64,000 bases of DNA from Neoechinorhynchus agilis (GCA_051530055.1 CM121342.1:344797-408796); one strand, 5' to 3'; counted from the stretch's first letter, positions 1-13,844 are shown. Notes: generated by a model not told the origin, from the letters alone. A program made the numbers and translations.

Positions 1-208
1 AACCAGAAGGAGCAGAAACTAAACTAACTTTTTCCGCATCACATTCCGTGTCCGTATCCATATCCACACCCCCCCTGTCATCCGGAGGATCAGGGGGTTT
101 AGATAATCCAAAAACATTTGAATCGACGCGAGTGCAATTTTTAATGAAAAAATTTGCACGCATTAGGCGAGAATTTTTTGGTCGTGTGCAGTAGAAAAAT
201 TGCCATTT

Positions 209-960
209 TTTCGAGATGATTAGGGATAAAGAGTGCGTTATTTATCAGAAATAACGCTTCGTGAGCCGAGAGAGCGCTCACTCTATCGCACAGCAACGAA
301 AGTTTCGGCATGATACGGCCGATCTCAGCTTCCACATTTGAATCAAAGGCGCAACTACATAGGAGGCTGAGTTGCTCCGGAGTCACGAGTTTCAGACCTG
401 GAGCTACGGCTCCGAACCCATTCATTAGCTCCTAGACTTTGGCAGCGTCTTCAATATTTAATACTAGGAGCTCACACTTTCCAGCATTGAGCTCAATGTC
501 CATCTTCGAGGTCTCCCTAGTCAACGTCTCCAAAATCGCGCAGTACAATGGAGGGATCACCTCCGAGCGTAGCGTTGTCCAAGTACCAAGCGTTGAAGCT
601 GGAATAAAGAGAGTGCGATATTGAATTCACTGCAAGGGCGAAAGCGATTGGACCGATGAGATTTCCTTGCTGCACTCCTCTTTCGGACCAAACGAGGTGG
701 AGAATTAGCAAGGGTCCGCTATTTTGTCCCCCTCGGAGTAGAGACGTATGGAGCGCTTGGCAGCCCGGCACTCACTCTGCTCCAGGATCTCTCGAAGAAA
801 TTGTGAAAAACGACCGGCGACGCACGAGCAGGTGTATTCCTGCGACAAAATATCTCGCTTGCAATACAACGAGGCAATGCTGCTAGCGTGATAGCGACAG
901 CTGAGGAAGGAGAGAAGCTCCAGATTTGCGGACAGTGGTGATTGCACGTTTTTGACTTTA
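209..960. mobile_element. CRE-like RLE non-LTR retrotransposon fragment with inverted 5' part (RT segment on minus ~209-698, 3' end on plus ~700-960)
   Basis: Minus strand encodes SERGVQQGNLIGPIAFAL...WYLDNATLGG and HEALFLINNALFIP (RT core/thumb). Plus strand encodes YFVPLGVETYGALG...QNISLAIQRGNAASV (RLE C-terminus typical of CRE-clade elements). Stops and frameshifts present. Confidence 0.8.
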
Positions 961-2055
961 ACAAAAATCACTGCTCAACATTAACGCCCATAACTTCGTT
1001 ATCTTCATTTATTTTTGTCCGATAAGACAAATAAAGGATGAAAGCGACCTGATGATGAGGAATTTACCATACGCGCTGAAGTATTTTCCCCAAAAACGGT
1101 TTGTAGTGGTCTTAAATAATATTTCTGATTTATGAATGGTTTTATTGTTCGGCATGATGGAATTCTTACGAGGGGTTCAACAGTAAATGAAAACGCCCAA
1201 CAAAGCACAAAGTTTTGCCGCTTCTAGAAGCTGGGACTGATTTCAATCTATTAAATTTCTTATCCTACGTATTGAGAAAAGAAGCATAAGAGGTTTCATT
1301 TTCCCTTGTTTTCATCAAAATAAATTTCTGGCCGCAAGCAAGTAAATGCAGCATCCTAAATAATTATTACAGTTGCAGTGCAAAAAAATATGAACATGAC
1401 CCCGCTACTTTTCTTGTGACATGCAGAGATCGTAGTTTTTGATAATCCTGCAAAATATTGGCCCACATCAGGTCAACATTACTGCTGGTCATTTTTCGGA
1501 TCGGAACTTGCAGGATTAAAAACGGCAACTAGTTCATGACGGGTTTTGCAAAGATAATGTTAAAACATATAGAAGGAAAATGGCAAATAACTTAGTCTAG
1601 CGAGGATACGGTTTACACAATACTATATGCTCAAACACCTAACAAAATATAATTCCCAGCAACTTATGATACCACAATCGAATTGCCTGTCAAAATTAAT
1701 AAATATTTTAGGCCCCACGAACTCGATTAGCGCAATATAAGCAAATCTTAAAAATCGAGCCACCACCAACTCATAGTTGCAAGATTAATGTTGTGAGATT
1801 AACTGTACGGTCGCTTTTTTTGGTTTTTTGTCGCCGAAATCTCCCGCTTGAAAATATTTTCGGTCATAGTGAGCATTGTGCTATAATGTCTGGAGGTGCC
1901 CTTGCGCACATCACAAAAATGATCGAAAAATTTCTTGGTTGAAATGAACACAACGATTTTTGTGTCTGTAATGAGATCTCAGGTTATTTATTATTATGAA
2001 TAATGCCAAGATTAGTTTAGGACGTTTTTTATTATACGTGACCGCTCGTTCTCCC

Positions 2056-5000
2056 TCAAATTGCTGTCCCAAAATACAGCGTTACAGTCCGTGGTCTACC
2101 ATTCGAAATGGCTAGGATACCCATTGGGTGATAAGCAAGACTGAACGGACTTTCGATAAATGGGGAATATATGGAACCTATAAGACAATGTCTAGAGAAT
2201 AGTTGGATTCGATTATTGTAAAGATCCGCTACTGCAAGATTTTCACCATCATCACAAATACCACACGGATTGTTGAATATGTTGGCTTTGTTTGGTTGAG
2301 AAGAGCTCTGTGATCCTGAAGTGATCACCGACTTGAGATCGCCAACAAACTGTCCGTCGGGTGTCAACACAAGTACACTATTGGTTCCACTGTCGGATAC
2401 ATAAATGTGATCTCCCTTTCGATGAACGAAATTGGGGTTTGAAAACGGAAGCAGTTTAGGGTTCGTTTGCCTTGCTGCATGGGCTCCAATTGTCGATGCT
2501 GCAGAGTTTCCAAACCACGTTTGAATTGGTTGGCATCCAGCACGAATATCAAACACTTTTACAGCTGGATTTTTTCTGTCACAAATGTAGATAAGTTGTT
2601 CAGTACAGTACATCCCACCGAATCGATCCTGCCGACTGAGGCTATTAGCTGCTTGTGAATTTGGGTCATTCAGCCGCTCTTGACTACCTCTGAGATCTTT
2701 GTCATCTTCGAGTGAAATAACCTGTTTAATCTGAAACGAATCGTATGAAAGGACTTTAGCGTATCCATCGTCAACAACGCATAAACCATCGTTTGGTATC
2801 CTGCATATTCCAGTAGGATTAACGTAGTTACTTCCACAGTAGGACAAAAATGTACCGGTGATCGAAAACATTAAGACGTTTTTATGGCCGGATTTACGGC
2901 CATTCTCACATACTATAAGCCGATTCGGTCCTAAAAAAGTTAGGCCTTTAATGCATTTGAGATGCCGTGGAGGTTGTTCCCCGTAACAGTCAATTATCAC
3001 TGGTCTTTGCATGTCAAGACTTAACAAATTAGGTCGTAGAGCATTTGTGTTGGTTCCTGTACAACAGACATTCTCAACACAGGTTTCATTGGGGAATGTA
3101 GAGAATGGCTGAATAATCAGACTTCTTCGGTGTTGATTAAATTGTGCAGCTGATAAACTAGCACCTAACGAATGTCTCTTATTATCCATTCGTGGCGTTG
3201 GGCCATATAATAACTGAGAGGGTGGATTTAGTTCACCGCAACACTCACTGATACTAGGGGCTACCATCCGCCTCCTCATTTGGACTGGATATTGAGAACT
3301 TGGTGGTGTAACGGCAGTGCATACCTTAAAAGGAACTGATTTTTGAATCCCTACGGTCGTCAGCGTGTAGTCATTCCAATTTCGACGGAATTGTGATGGA
3401 TCTGTAAGACTTGGATTCTGAGCAGCGGCGAGATTGAACTCGTTCATCTTTTCGTCAAATTGCAGTATAAAAATATTCAAATCAAAGGTAACACCGCAAA
3501 AAATAATGAACATTTTTTTAAATTTGCGGGTGTATTTGCCGGTGCGGGAATGCCTGGTGGGTGATTAGGTACTTGCGGAATCATAAAACTTTTACTTTCC
3601 CATGGATCATTTTCACGTGTATTTGATTTATCCAAATTCTGCAAAAGATTGCTGTACCCATTAATAGAAGATTGATTGTGCATAAAATTTGTCGGTCCAA
3701 TAGAATGCCGTTGTTTATCCGGAATCCACTCGTCCGTAAAAGAACAAACTGCTTGATTGTACGGAATATTGTAGTTACTAGAATCTAGTTGTGATTGGGG
3801 AACCATAGATGGGTCTTGGAATTGTAATTCTCCGATACAGTGATCGTTCTGTAGCGGATTTGCAGGAATAAAGTCAATCTACGTCAGTGGGCGTTTTAAA
3901 TCATCTAATAAAATCTTTAGAGCGTACCCAACAATCAAATTCACCTGCGTCCCTCTGTAGCTTTCTCGTCTTTACCAAACTGTCCAAGATTTTATCGTGC
4001 AATGTCCTTAGTTCTTCATTTGTAATTTTCATTCTGCAGCACAAATTATTTTAAATAGAAAAATTTGTTTAGCCATTTCATAAAAACGATATTTTATCAG
4101 AAAGTTGTTTTAATTGGATGTTTCTACTATTATCTACTATTACCAAGCGGATGAACGAGAATTCTGTATTTAGCACCAACCAAACAACATGCTATTTCAA
4201 ACATTAAAGCGCAGGAGGGCATAATTTGGAACCTTATGCAAAGATCTCACAAATGTTTGCTTTCTGTGCATTGCTAAAATACAAATATAACTAATTTTTT
4301 ATGCTTTAAAATGAGAACACTCGGCGTCTAATTTAATTTTCTTAATAACCGGTTTCTTAAATGCATTTAAAGTATTGATCAAATAAAAATCATTCTTAAT
4401 TCATAATTGCTGCGTAAGGCGAAGTGGGAAATGAATAGCTTCACAAACAAACTGTGTGGCGAGCACAAAGTTTGATCAGAAAGGATTCTAAATATTTACT
4501 GAACTCCTGCGTCCAATAAAATATTCGCTTAGTCAAGAAAATACAGTAAATGTCTAAGTGTATTCTCTACAGCTATCTTTTTCAAAAATTGAATAATTCA
4601 AACCTGCTCAACTTTAGTTGCGCTTGAGTTAGCAGCTTATTGCTTGAAGCTAAGTGTTCCTCTGTTACTCTTTCCAATTGTTGCAACGATCTAATTCAGT
4701 AGCTCGAATGCACGAAATGATTTCCTAATCATACCCTTTTTTTCTCTGAATTTCAACGTTAATATCTCGCCCGTATAGTTCTACCAACTCGTCAATGCGT
4801 ATTTTTAGCTGTTTCCGGGTATCTTCTAATTTAGACCGTGCGGATAACTCGTATGAGTCCATACATTTTTCAAGTGAAGTTGATTGCTCCTCGAGGGAGC
4901 AGAGACGGGAAGTTAGTAGTTGCATCAAGTGGTCGATTTGAATCGTATCGGGAGATCCGTGTTGCTGTTGATTGGGTGCTGCGACGGGTTTAGGCGTCCG

Positions 5001-5549
5001 TAACTTCATCATCCCATCTCCGATTTGAACTAAGCCGCTATCATCTACCACAGCTGTGTATCGTCTTCGTTCGTCAGGAATGGTTTTTTCTAGTCCTGGA
5101 GGTGGTGATTTCTTCCTAAATTTAACCTCGTTTGCCTCATTCGGATCAGCTGACGTGCTTCGTTCAAGTATACACTTGGCAATCTCACTCAACGTTCCAT
5201 TTCCAGTTGCTCCAGAGTCAGGAGAACTTTCATCGCCATTAAGAGGACTCACCCATTCAGTAGGTTTCGTCTGATCTAGAGTTGAATTTGCATATTGAGT
5301 TGTTGGTTCAGTCTCAGAATTTCCAATTATCGTCGTCGTTGTCATGGCCTACAATTTAAATCCTGATTAATTATCGTTCCGCTGCGTCCAATGATTTTCT
5401 AGTAAATGAGAGAGATGGGCGTTGAAAATTGCGATCTCGCAGACATTAAGAAGACACACACAACTCACGACCTTGTCTGTAAAAGACATATACCGAACAG
5501 ACCCACTTTCTTCAATGTCTTTCAAATAATGAGAAATTAGAGCAACCAT
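2056..5549 (-). CDS. Multi-exon coiled-coil plus C-terminal NHL beta-propeller protein (TRIM-NHL/brat-like architecture); 5' end unresolved
   Basis: NHL repeats (FSNPNFV..GDHIYVSDSGTNSVLVLTPDGQF; FNNPCGICDDGENLAVADLYNNRIQLF) in ORF 2056-3513. Upstream ORFs 3477-3806, ~3890-4036 and 4725-5345 link through GT-AG introns (GG|gtatga...ctgcag|A; TGG|gtacgc...ctgacgtag|ATT, 49 nt). The junction at ~3490-3534 is ambiguous (see findings). Confidence 0.75.
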
Positions 5550-8500
5550 TCATCCGATATAAAACGATCCCTCGGGTTCGATCGCCATATCTAGCTAGTT
5601 GGTAGTTTAAGGGAGTAGTTCCCGGAGGCATTCAGCGTACATGCAGCACAATGGGCCAGTGTTAAAGTTGACAGTTTCATGAGGAAGAGTCTGTGAATAG
5701 AGTGTGCATTTATGATGCCACTGACGTTTTTCTGCGTCTCGCTGCTTTGTTTCATTTGACGAAGGGAAATCAGTTCTGTGTGCCTGAGTAAAAATAATAG
5801 TTTGTGCTTGCAGGTCGATAGGTAGTGTAGAAATTTTGGTCCAACACGAAGAAATGTCAGCCTTATTAGAGGACGTGAACAACATCAGATCCTGTCATTG
5901 TGAGCGGAGAACATTCGTGTCTTAATACAGCCTTTCCTTTCGTCTTTGCAACAACTGAGTGATAATCGGAAATGCGTGCTTGGCGGCAGCAGCAGGGATA
6001 ATCGTATAATGATTGACAAAAAACGCCGACAATAGAAAATCTCGGATAATTGCTCGTAAAGGACCACTTGCATTAATCCAGAAACGAGAAAACCTTAACT
6101 GATTATTAGTCTATGGCATTATGGAAGCATCAAAAGTAATCCTACGCCAGTTATCAAAACCTTTTAGCTCCAAAGAAGTGCCTTAGCTCGCATTGTAAGG
6201 AATGTTGCTTGGAGAAAATGTATTGGTTATTCGCTATACGGCATGAATCGCGAAGTACCTCAATGTGCAGCTTGAACGGTGAGTTTATCCAAGGAGCGCT
6301 CTCTTCATAAAGTAAGGACGCTAGCTGCACTGCTTTTAAACCCAATGGCATTGTTTTAACGATTATGATGCGGATAATATCAATTTGTGTACTAAACATT
6401 CGGGTAAGTGTAAGGACTGGCAACTTATACCAAACATCTTATTCCCGCTTTAAAAATTCAGAACATATTAACTGCATTTATCGAAGTGCACCTATACAAT
6501 CAGTGCACCATATTGTTGAACAATAAAATTAATTCGAATGGATTTAAATGAAATTTGAAGATTCATAAAAAATTAAAATTGCAACGATATATTACTCGTG
6601 TAGATCTAGATGAACAGATTCATAACTATTGAAACCACAAAGAATTACAGAATTTTGCGGTTCGCTTTAAACCGTTTGTCAGCAATATCCACAGGAAGCT
6701 TTTAGCAACTTAAACGTTTAAGACATGAATTAGTGTGAAAAATATTCTTGAGTGTTGTTCAAAGTAGTCAATATTTAAAGTTGGATTTGAGTTAAACCAG
6801 CATAAAGAAAACTTGTAAAAAGAAATAGAAAACTATAACAGAATATAAAGCCATCAAAAATCCTTGCGAAGTCTAAATTTTTACCAGTCACTTTAGATCA
6901 ATAGATAACGGATGAAGAAAGCGGTGGTAGCATTTTGACTAACTGATATGACGATATTGTTTACCGCGGTAAATTGCGAAGGCTTGAAGACTACTGGGAG
7001 GTATAAGATTTTTGGGTCTGAGTAATTCAAAGTTTAATGACTCGTACCTATAGTACGAGATGTGATCTTATACCAAGCATTGGGCCAAAATGCATTGATA
7101 TTTGTTAACAAAAGATCAGTCTTAATACAAACCAGTATAAATAGGTACATTGTTACAAAGAAGACCTTTAAAACATATTGGTACCAGAACAACAACGTTT
7201 TTAACCAGTGCTATACTGATGGCGATGGTAGCTTTGTTTTCATGTAGGCCGGGTACCATTTATTCTATCGGCGATAATGCTATTTCTTTATTTCGAATAT
7301 TACCTTAGTGAAAAAATTAGGAAAATAAAGAACTGTTCTTTTAAAACGTAAACAGTCACGTTGTTCCGAAAGCCAGAGGTGAAATTACAGCCTACATAAA
7401 ATCTAATGCGAGATCGACATCATACTTCATAAGGAGCAACTAGCATCTATGGCATAAGTGATTTGTCGAACGTAGATTATGGGATAATCGCCTAATAATG
7501 ACAATCGACTGTTGTCTTAAAGAGAAACCCAATTCTTTTAGCAATATTGGTCTTGACATAATAGGCAAAAGGGGTCTAAACCCCTTGCGTACGGCTTCAC
7601 TGGAGCGCATGGCAACTTGTGAAAAAGAAGTGAGGATCAAATGTTGTGACTGGTCGATTGTGAGAACCTGGCTAGAAATGATCGTTCCGTAATTAGTCAG
7701 ATAATAATCCAAACTGATGATAGTCTCGACTGTTATGAACGTCACGAAAATAAGAGGGTTACAAAATCGGGAAATTAAGTGAATAAAGTTTTTAGTAGAT
7801 TTCGGAATATGTTTTATGCATCAGGTGTTTTAAATAGAAGTCTCTTTTTCTCAAAGGTATTTCATAGAATAATCATTAAAACTTTTATGATTGGTGTTAG
7901 TTCATTAATAGGGATTGGACATCAATAATTAAATGAACTAACCTGAATTACGGTCATTCGAAAAATAAGATTATGAGATGGTACAAAAATGATTTTGCCA
8001 TAAATGGATAGATTTGCAACCATGCATAGTTTACGTAACAAACGTGCAATAAAGCAACAACTTTTGTTAAAGCGTAAAACTTTACTTTATCTATAAAGGG
8101 ATTTTTATATGCCTAACGGTGAATGGATAGTGGATTTTGGACTTCAAGGGTGTGGGGTATAGCCATTGGTCCTAGGCATAGCTCCTCCGGTCTCAAACAT
8201 TGTTCACAAGATTGTACCAAATATTGGAACAAACAGAAGTTTAAAAACTACCCGTAGAAAAAGATTGACGTTACAAAACCTAGAATTTCACAATTAGGAG
8301 GAGATGTCTCATTGCCTGAACAATTCATCCGCTGATTGCATCAATTTTCTTTTTATAGCAGACGGAAGGACGAGATCGTGGCACTCACGTCTTTAATAAG
8401 TTATTTTTTTATGGCATCGACAAAAGTGGCCGAATCCCGAAAGGCTGCGAGTATAATAGAGAAAACTTAACTTTGTATTGCCGTCGAGATTTACCTTAGG

Positions 8501-11500
8501 AAATAACATCTCAAACGTATTGGTTTGCGCGATTGTTTATTCGAAAAACCCTTAGGTGTACGGTGGCAGTACCTGGCGTACTTCAGACTGACAGATGCCT
8601 TTGGACGAGGTCGCAGTATTTTCTACCAGGAATGGTCCCGAATTCTTGGACATATATATACAATTTCCTCGCAAGGAGAGCAGCGCAGGTTAACCTATGC
8701 GCATGCCTCGCGACGAAAAGAAAAGGTAGAGAATGTGATTCACATGGTGCATGTCAAGTGCAATCGGGGAAACAAAGGAGTGTAAATGTTTGGTGATCTT
8801 TACGGTTCAAATTAGTAAATTAGGAGGTTCTAACGCTGAGAATTTTAGCAGAAAAGCCATTTCGTCGATTTGTAGAAAGCAAATGTGATCTAGATAACGA
8901 TTTGCGGATGTAGATATGGTAAAAGCAACCATCCATCACTCCGTGCCATGAACAAGAAAGTGTTCGTGAATATATCATGTAGCAGACACGCTAGTAAGGA
9001 TTTGAGCTCGTCCCGCTGCTTAAACGAGGATAAATTAAGCGAAGCAAAGCTTTAACCCTAGGGAACCGATACCATCAATCACAATTTCTGTGTTCGCGAG
9101 TTACAGAACGGTTCATACGTGAGAGGGTTGTATAAAGCTTGAAAAAGCAGTCTGAAATATTAAGTTGCAATGAAATGGGATTCTATACGGCTATGAGCTA
9201 TCATCATATGCAGCCAGTGTTTCAGTATTGTGTCACATTTACCTGTGTATCGTTGCGTCAAATAATCTCATCGATCTACTCCTTGTCTACTCTGAGGTTA
9301 CGAAGCTCTTACGAGATTTAAAACCTCCACAGTTCCTCCACAGTTTACGCTGAATTTCCAAAACTAAAGTGACCATACTTTTGGTCTTTTTCGTGCTTCA
9401 TTTTATTAGACTTATATATAAAATGGGATAGTAGGAGCTATGCAAAAACATTTGAATTTCGTGAAACGCAACCGCTTTTTCCTGAGCATAGTATTTTACG
9501 ATTTTTGTGTTATAATATCGAGTTTATATACAAAACGAGATACTGAGACCCATATTCATTTTAAATAGACACCACCAAGTACGGAAAGATTACTTGTCCG
9601 TCCGCCAAAATAAGCGAAATATTTATGTAAATGAATTCGAATTTCGAAAAGCTAATTTTTTCTGAAATGATTTTTACACAAACCAAAACTCGCATGTCGC
9701 ATTATCCATAATTTCGACACAATAAGGCTCACAAATTTTCATTTTAGAGTTCACCTACAATCGATTTAGTCCTTTGACTAAGATTACCTTATTTTCTCTT
9801 CGCAGGTTTCATCACGATTGTAGAAATATTGCACGTTTATCAATAGAATAGTAGTCAGCAAACAATGAATTGCTCATTACAATCTTACTCATCGACTTTT
9901 AGATGAAACAACAGTTTTCAAGGTCATACCTATGAACAAATCACACACACAAACATTGGGTACGAACACGAAATAAAATATTTAATGGAAAATGACTACG
10001 ATAAACTTCTGAAGGTGAGAAAGTAGGAAAAAGCATATTCTTCTTTGCAAATGAATGTAGAAATTTTCAAGGGTGACTAAAACTGTTGCGCATTTTCGAA
10101 TTTCAAGCAGGAATTTCCAGAGAAAAACAATTGAGTGATAGGGTTTCAAAGGAGTTTGACAACTCTCAAGCAAATTACATTTCACTTGAGCAGACATGAG
10201 TAGGTTACACGATCTAATTCTATCATAATTTGAACCGGATTGTTCGTACTAACGCGTACAAAACAGCAAGATGTGGCATTTTAGCATGAGTGTTTCCCCT
10301 GGAAACCTAGACTTTTTGGCTTGTTATATTTGGACCATGCGTCGAACCAATAAATTTTGTACCTTGAAATTTTTGAAAATGTACTTTGATATCTAAGCCG
10401 CAATTGCCTTATTTCCAGAATTTGTCTGAGCAATTATCGATTGTCAGAACCTTTTCGCTGTTACCATCCAATAAAAACTTGAAGACATCAATTATTTCTG
10501 GTGGATGATTATTTGCAAGAAATTGTGAAATTCGTAATCTCGACATGGCACTCGATTGTTGCCCCAAATGCACGCCGATCAGTGCGAATCAAAACATTGG
10601 AAGTGATCGAAGAAAAACCTTAATAATATTGACCTATAGCGACATCCTTACAAAATACCCATACGACAGAATGGAAGGTCTTTGATTACTATTGTCTTGC
10701 ATTCTACTGGTGTCATATCACGCCCTACTTCTAGGATCGCAAATTATTATTCGCGAGAAATCTTATTACCACAATCAAAGGTTGATCTGTTCATCGTTCG
10801 AGGCATAGTGGTTGTCAAAGCACTATAATTTTGACAGTATTCAATGTTCAAGGATCATTTCTGCGACTTTAGGCATCAGTCTGTACTAATGTAGATGGCA
10901 ACCAGAAATCAATTAGGGATTACTAACTGTCATGACATTTAATGAGGTTGGAGCGTGAGCAACCTAAAGAGGCTTCCAGCTAAATATAAATTCAGTTTCT
11001 ATAATTTTCATACATTAAACATTAACTCTTGCCTTTTAAAAAACCAAGACTCGCTTTTAAGAATGACAAATCGTCATTTTTCATTAGCGTGGCATATAAA
11101 ATGGTAGAAGCATTTTCCAAGAAATTAAATATCATAAAAATTATGAGCAGGCGAACAATACTCTAAGATAACATTTATATGGCGATGATTTTACTCCCCG
11201 TCAGTGTATTGCTAGCACCCACTTCATTATTATTTAGTAGTAGAAATCTGTCTTTATCTTGCAATAATAAGCTGAACAAAGTATGGATGTAGGAAGCCAA
11301 ATTTAATACATTTGGAACAGTCTCTAGTCTCGAATTTTCGGATTCACCTGATCGCCCAAGACATCATTGGCACATGCCTTGACATAAATGAGAAGACGTT
11401 TCCTTTTCTTGTCAAGGGCATCCAAACACATTATTCGGATGAATATTTTCGAGCACTGTGCAGAGGCTGCCATTTTTTGAAAGCGCCATTACCCCCAGCA

Positions 11501-11967
11501 TATCACTGTTGATTGCTCTCATTTGACTAATGCATTATTATAATTTTCTTTATTAACCTTGATCTTACTGCGAAGTTTCTCTTTCCAATCAAAGCATGTA
11601 TGCATCCAATCAAGTATTTTCTGCTTCTTTTTCATGTGTACGGAAACCCAATTTTCGATGGATTTGTGAATATGATTAGCATGACAAAATAGCCGAATTA
11701 TAAATTTCTTATCCCTCAGTGGCATTTTTAAATGTTACAATTACATGCTTGTTTATTCCACTCTGTAAAAGATTGATGGCAAAGGGTTAATGGAGGCCCT
11801 AGTTAGACCAACTTGTTGTAGCTCTATGTATGGTTAGAGGGCAATGAAAATGTAGTCAAATGAACGATTAAAAGTAAAGTGGGTTAACTTACTGTTATTT
11901 ACAACAATGGTGTTTATATGAATGCTGAAATCTCACATAATCAGCTTGTTTATTTAAGAAAGTGCAT

Positions 11968-13844
11968 TCAAGTTTTTCCAACCTCGGAAAGCAAAATCCT
12001 ATCGGTACTTGGATATACAACGGAAAAATGTGGCAGCGTCGACAGCATTTCGATTCGCTCGTTCAACGAAGGTCCCACTTCGGTGACCCTAGCGCATCCT
12101 ACGCAGACATCGCCTTTGTAAAATGTGACGAATTGACCTGGAGCAACTGCTCTGAATGGAAAAGGAAGTATGACATTGATTGAATCCGATAATCGTTCAA
12201 TCAAGCACGGTATGTCCCTGTGTTTATTCTGCAGTTTAAACGTGGCACTGAGAGGCGTGTTCACTTCGCCACTCAATAGCTTTTGGAAATCGTCCGTACT
12301 CCCGCTTACCAAGTTTAAATGTTGAACAAAATAGTTTAAGTAAAAAAGTGCGGGATGCATAGTCCCATGAGCTGCTGATATAATGTTCGTTCGCTTACAT
12401 TTTCTAGCCACAAAGTATCCAAGTTCGTTCTGGCGGCCCTCAATATGAATCCGCTGACCAATAGTAAACTTATGAATTCCATGGTGGACACCAAGGACTA
12501 TGCGAGGATTATCCACATCAACAATCAAACCCTCGTTGAAAACATTGAATCCTTAAGACTAAAATTGGATCCAATGACCAATAGAGATATAGTCGTCTAT
12601 CCACTTTTGAAATTTTCGCTTTCCAATGAAGCAAATACCCATTGATTCTTTTTTACTTAGCAAATGTTTAAACACAGGATGCGAATGAGAAGCGTCTTTT
12701 GCAATTTTTAAAGTATCTTTTTTTGTATTGATTCATCGGGTTCGGATTGTTAAGAATTGTTGAACAGAAATGGTAAAACCGATAACATGGAGGTAATGTG
12801 TGAGAATACTCGCCTATTTGAAGGTGCATTCTTGTATTTTTTAAATTGTAAATCTATTAAATGGAACGTCTTAATGAATTTAATGCTGAGCACTTTGGTA
12901 AACCGTTAGGTTATAACATTGGAAAAAGTGGTTCATTTTTCTTGATAAAAATATCAGTTAGAAAAATTTGCAGATATATTGCAAACTCGTTTAATACTTT
13001 ATGTAGCGAGAAGCAAACGTGAAAATCAAGTGTCTACGATTATTTTTATTTATGTATTGAAATATTTCACGACTATTTTATAAAAATGTGAACTGAAAGC
13101 GTAATCGAAAATTTGATAAATAGATAACGCTTCCATATTTGTGTATATATCCTTTAAATGGTGGGGAATTTTAAAAAACTAATAAATTTTCGAAGCGTGT
13201 ACAAAATACTTGAATTCAATTATGAAAGACTAGAAGTAAGATTTGGGCGATATATTTCATAAAATTGGTTCTAAAGTCAGGGCATTTGTCTTGATTGACG
13301 TAACCTCCCTCCAAACCGTTGAAATTGTAATCGATTGAAGTGGAAACATAACACGGTTGAGACAATCTCGTTCTATATGCGAAAGGAAAAATGTCTGATC
13401 TTTCATCATGTCACTGGATTTGATTAAATCATAGCCCTCTTTCCCATTTCGGATTCCAGCATAATGTCCAGTAGCAATAGTATTCGCGCCCCATTCCTCT
13501 ATGCACTTTCGAAAGACATGTCCGAATTTTACATGACGGTTGCATAAGACATCCGGGTTCGGCGTAAGCCCATTGGAATAATCGCTTATAAAGTGTTCAA
13601 AAACATCGGTCCAATATTGTCTTCGGCAGTCTACCACTTTTAATGGAATTCTGAGTCCGTCAGCAATGGCTTGCGCATCTTGAAAATCATGAGTTTCAGT
13701 GCAATTGGATGAAACATCGTCAAAGTGATCCCAGCTCTTGATGAAGACGCCAACTACAGAATGACCCATTTGCTGCAGAAGCAACGTGGATACCGCAGAG
13801 TCGATTCCACCGGAAATCAAGGAGTAAATTATCTTTGATTTCAT
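11968..13844 (-). CDS. TRMU: Mitochondrial tRNA-specific 2-thiouridylase (MnmA family), three coding blocks
   Basis: SGGIDS PP-loop, TPNPDVLCNRHVKF, IATGHYA, KDQTFFLS, KKESMGICFIGKR, TIGQR and APGQFVTFY motifs. Coding blocks ~13844-13326, ~12724-12580 and ~12537-11968. Confidence 0.93.
12537..12579 (-). other. 42-nt hairpin intervening sequence in TRMU (candidate non-canonical intron)
   Basis: Contains two in-frame stops (TAG, TAA). Stem CATTGGATCC (12576-12567) / GGATTCAATG (12552-12543), 9 Watson-Crick plus 1 GU pair. The reading frame is the same on both sides. Confidence 0.6.
12724..13325 (-). other. 602-nt intervening sequence in TRMU flanked by TACAA direct repeats and imperfect terminal inverted repeats
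   Basis: Removing it and leaving one TACAA gives FPLQSIT-KKDTLKIA. No AG lies between the upstream in-frame TGA and the resumed coding sequence. Confidence 0.75.

Noticed and set aside
5400-5460. B-box-like C-x-C-x4-C...H-x2-H in ORF 5367-5549
   Set aside because: One ligand is missing, and the segment falls within a plausible GTGAGT...TAG intron.
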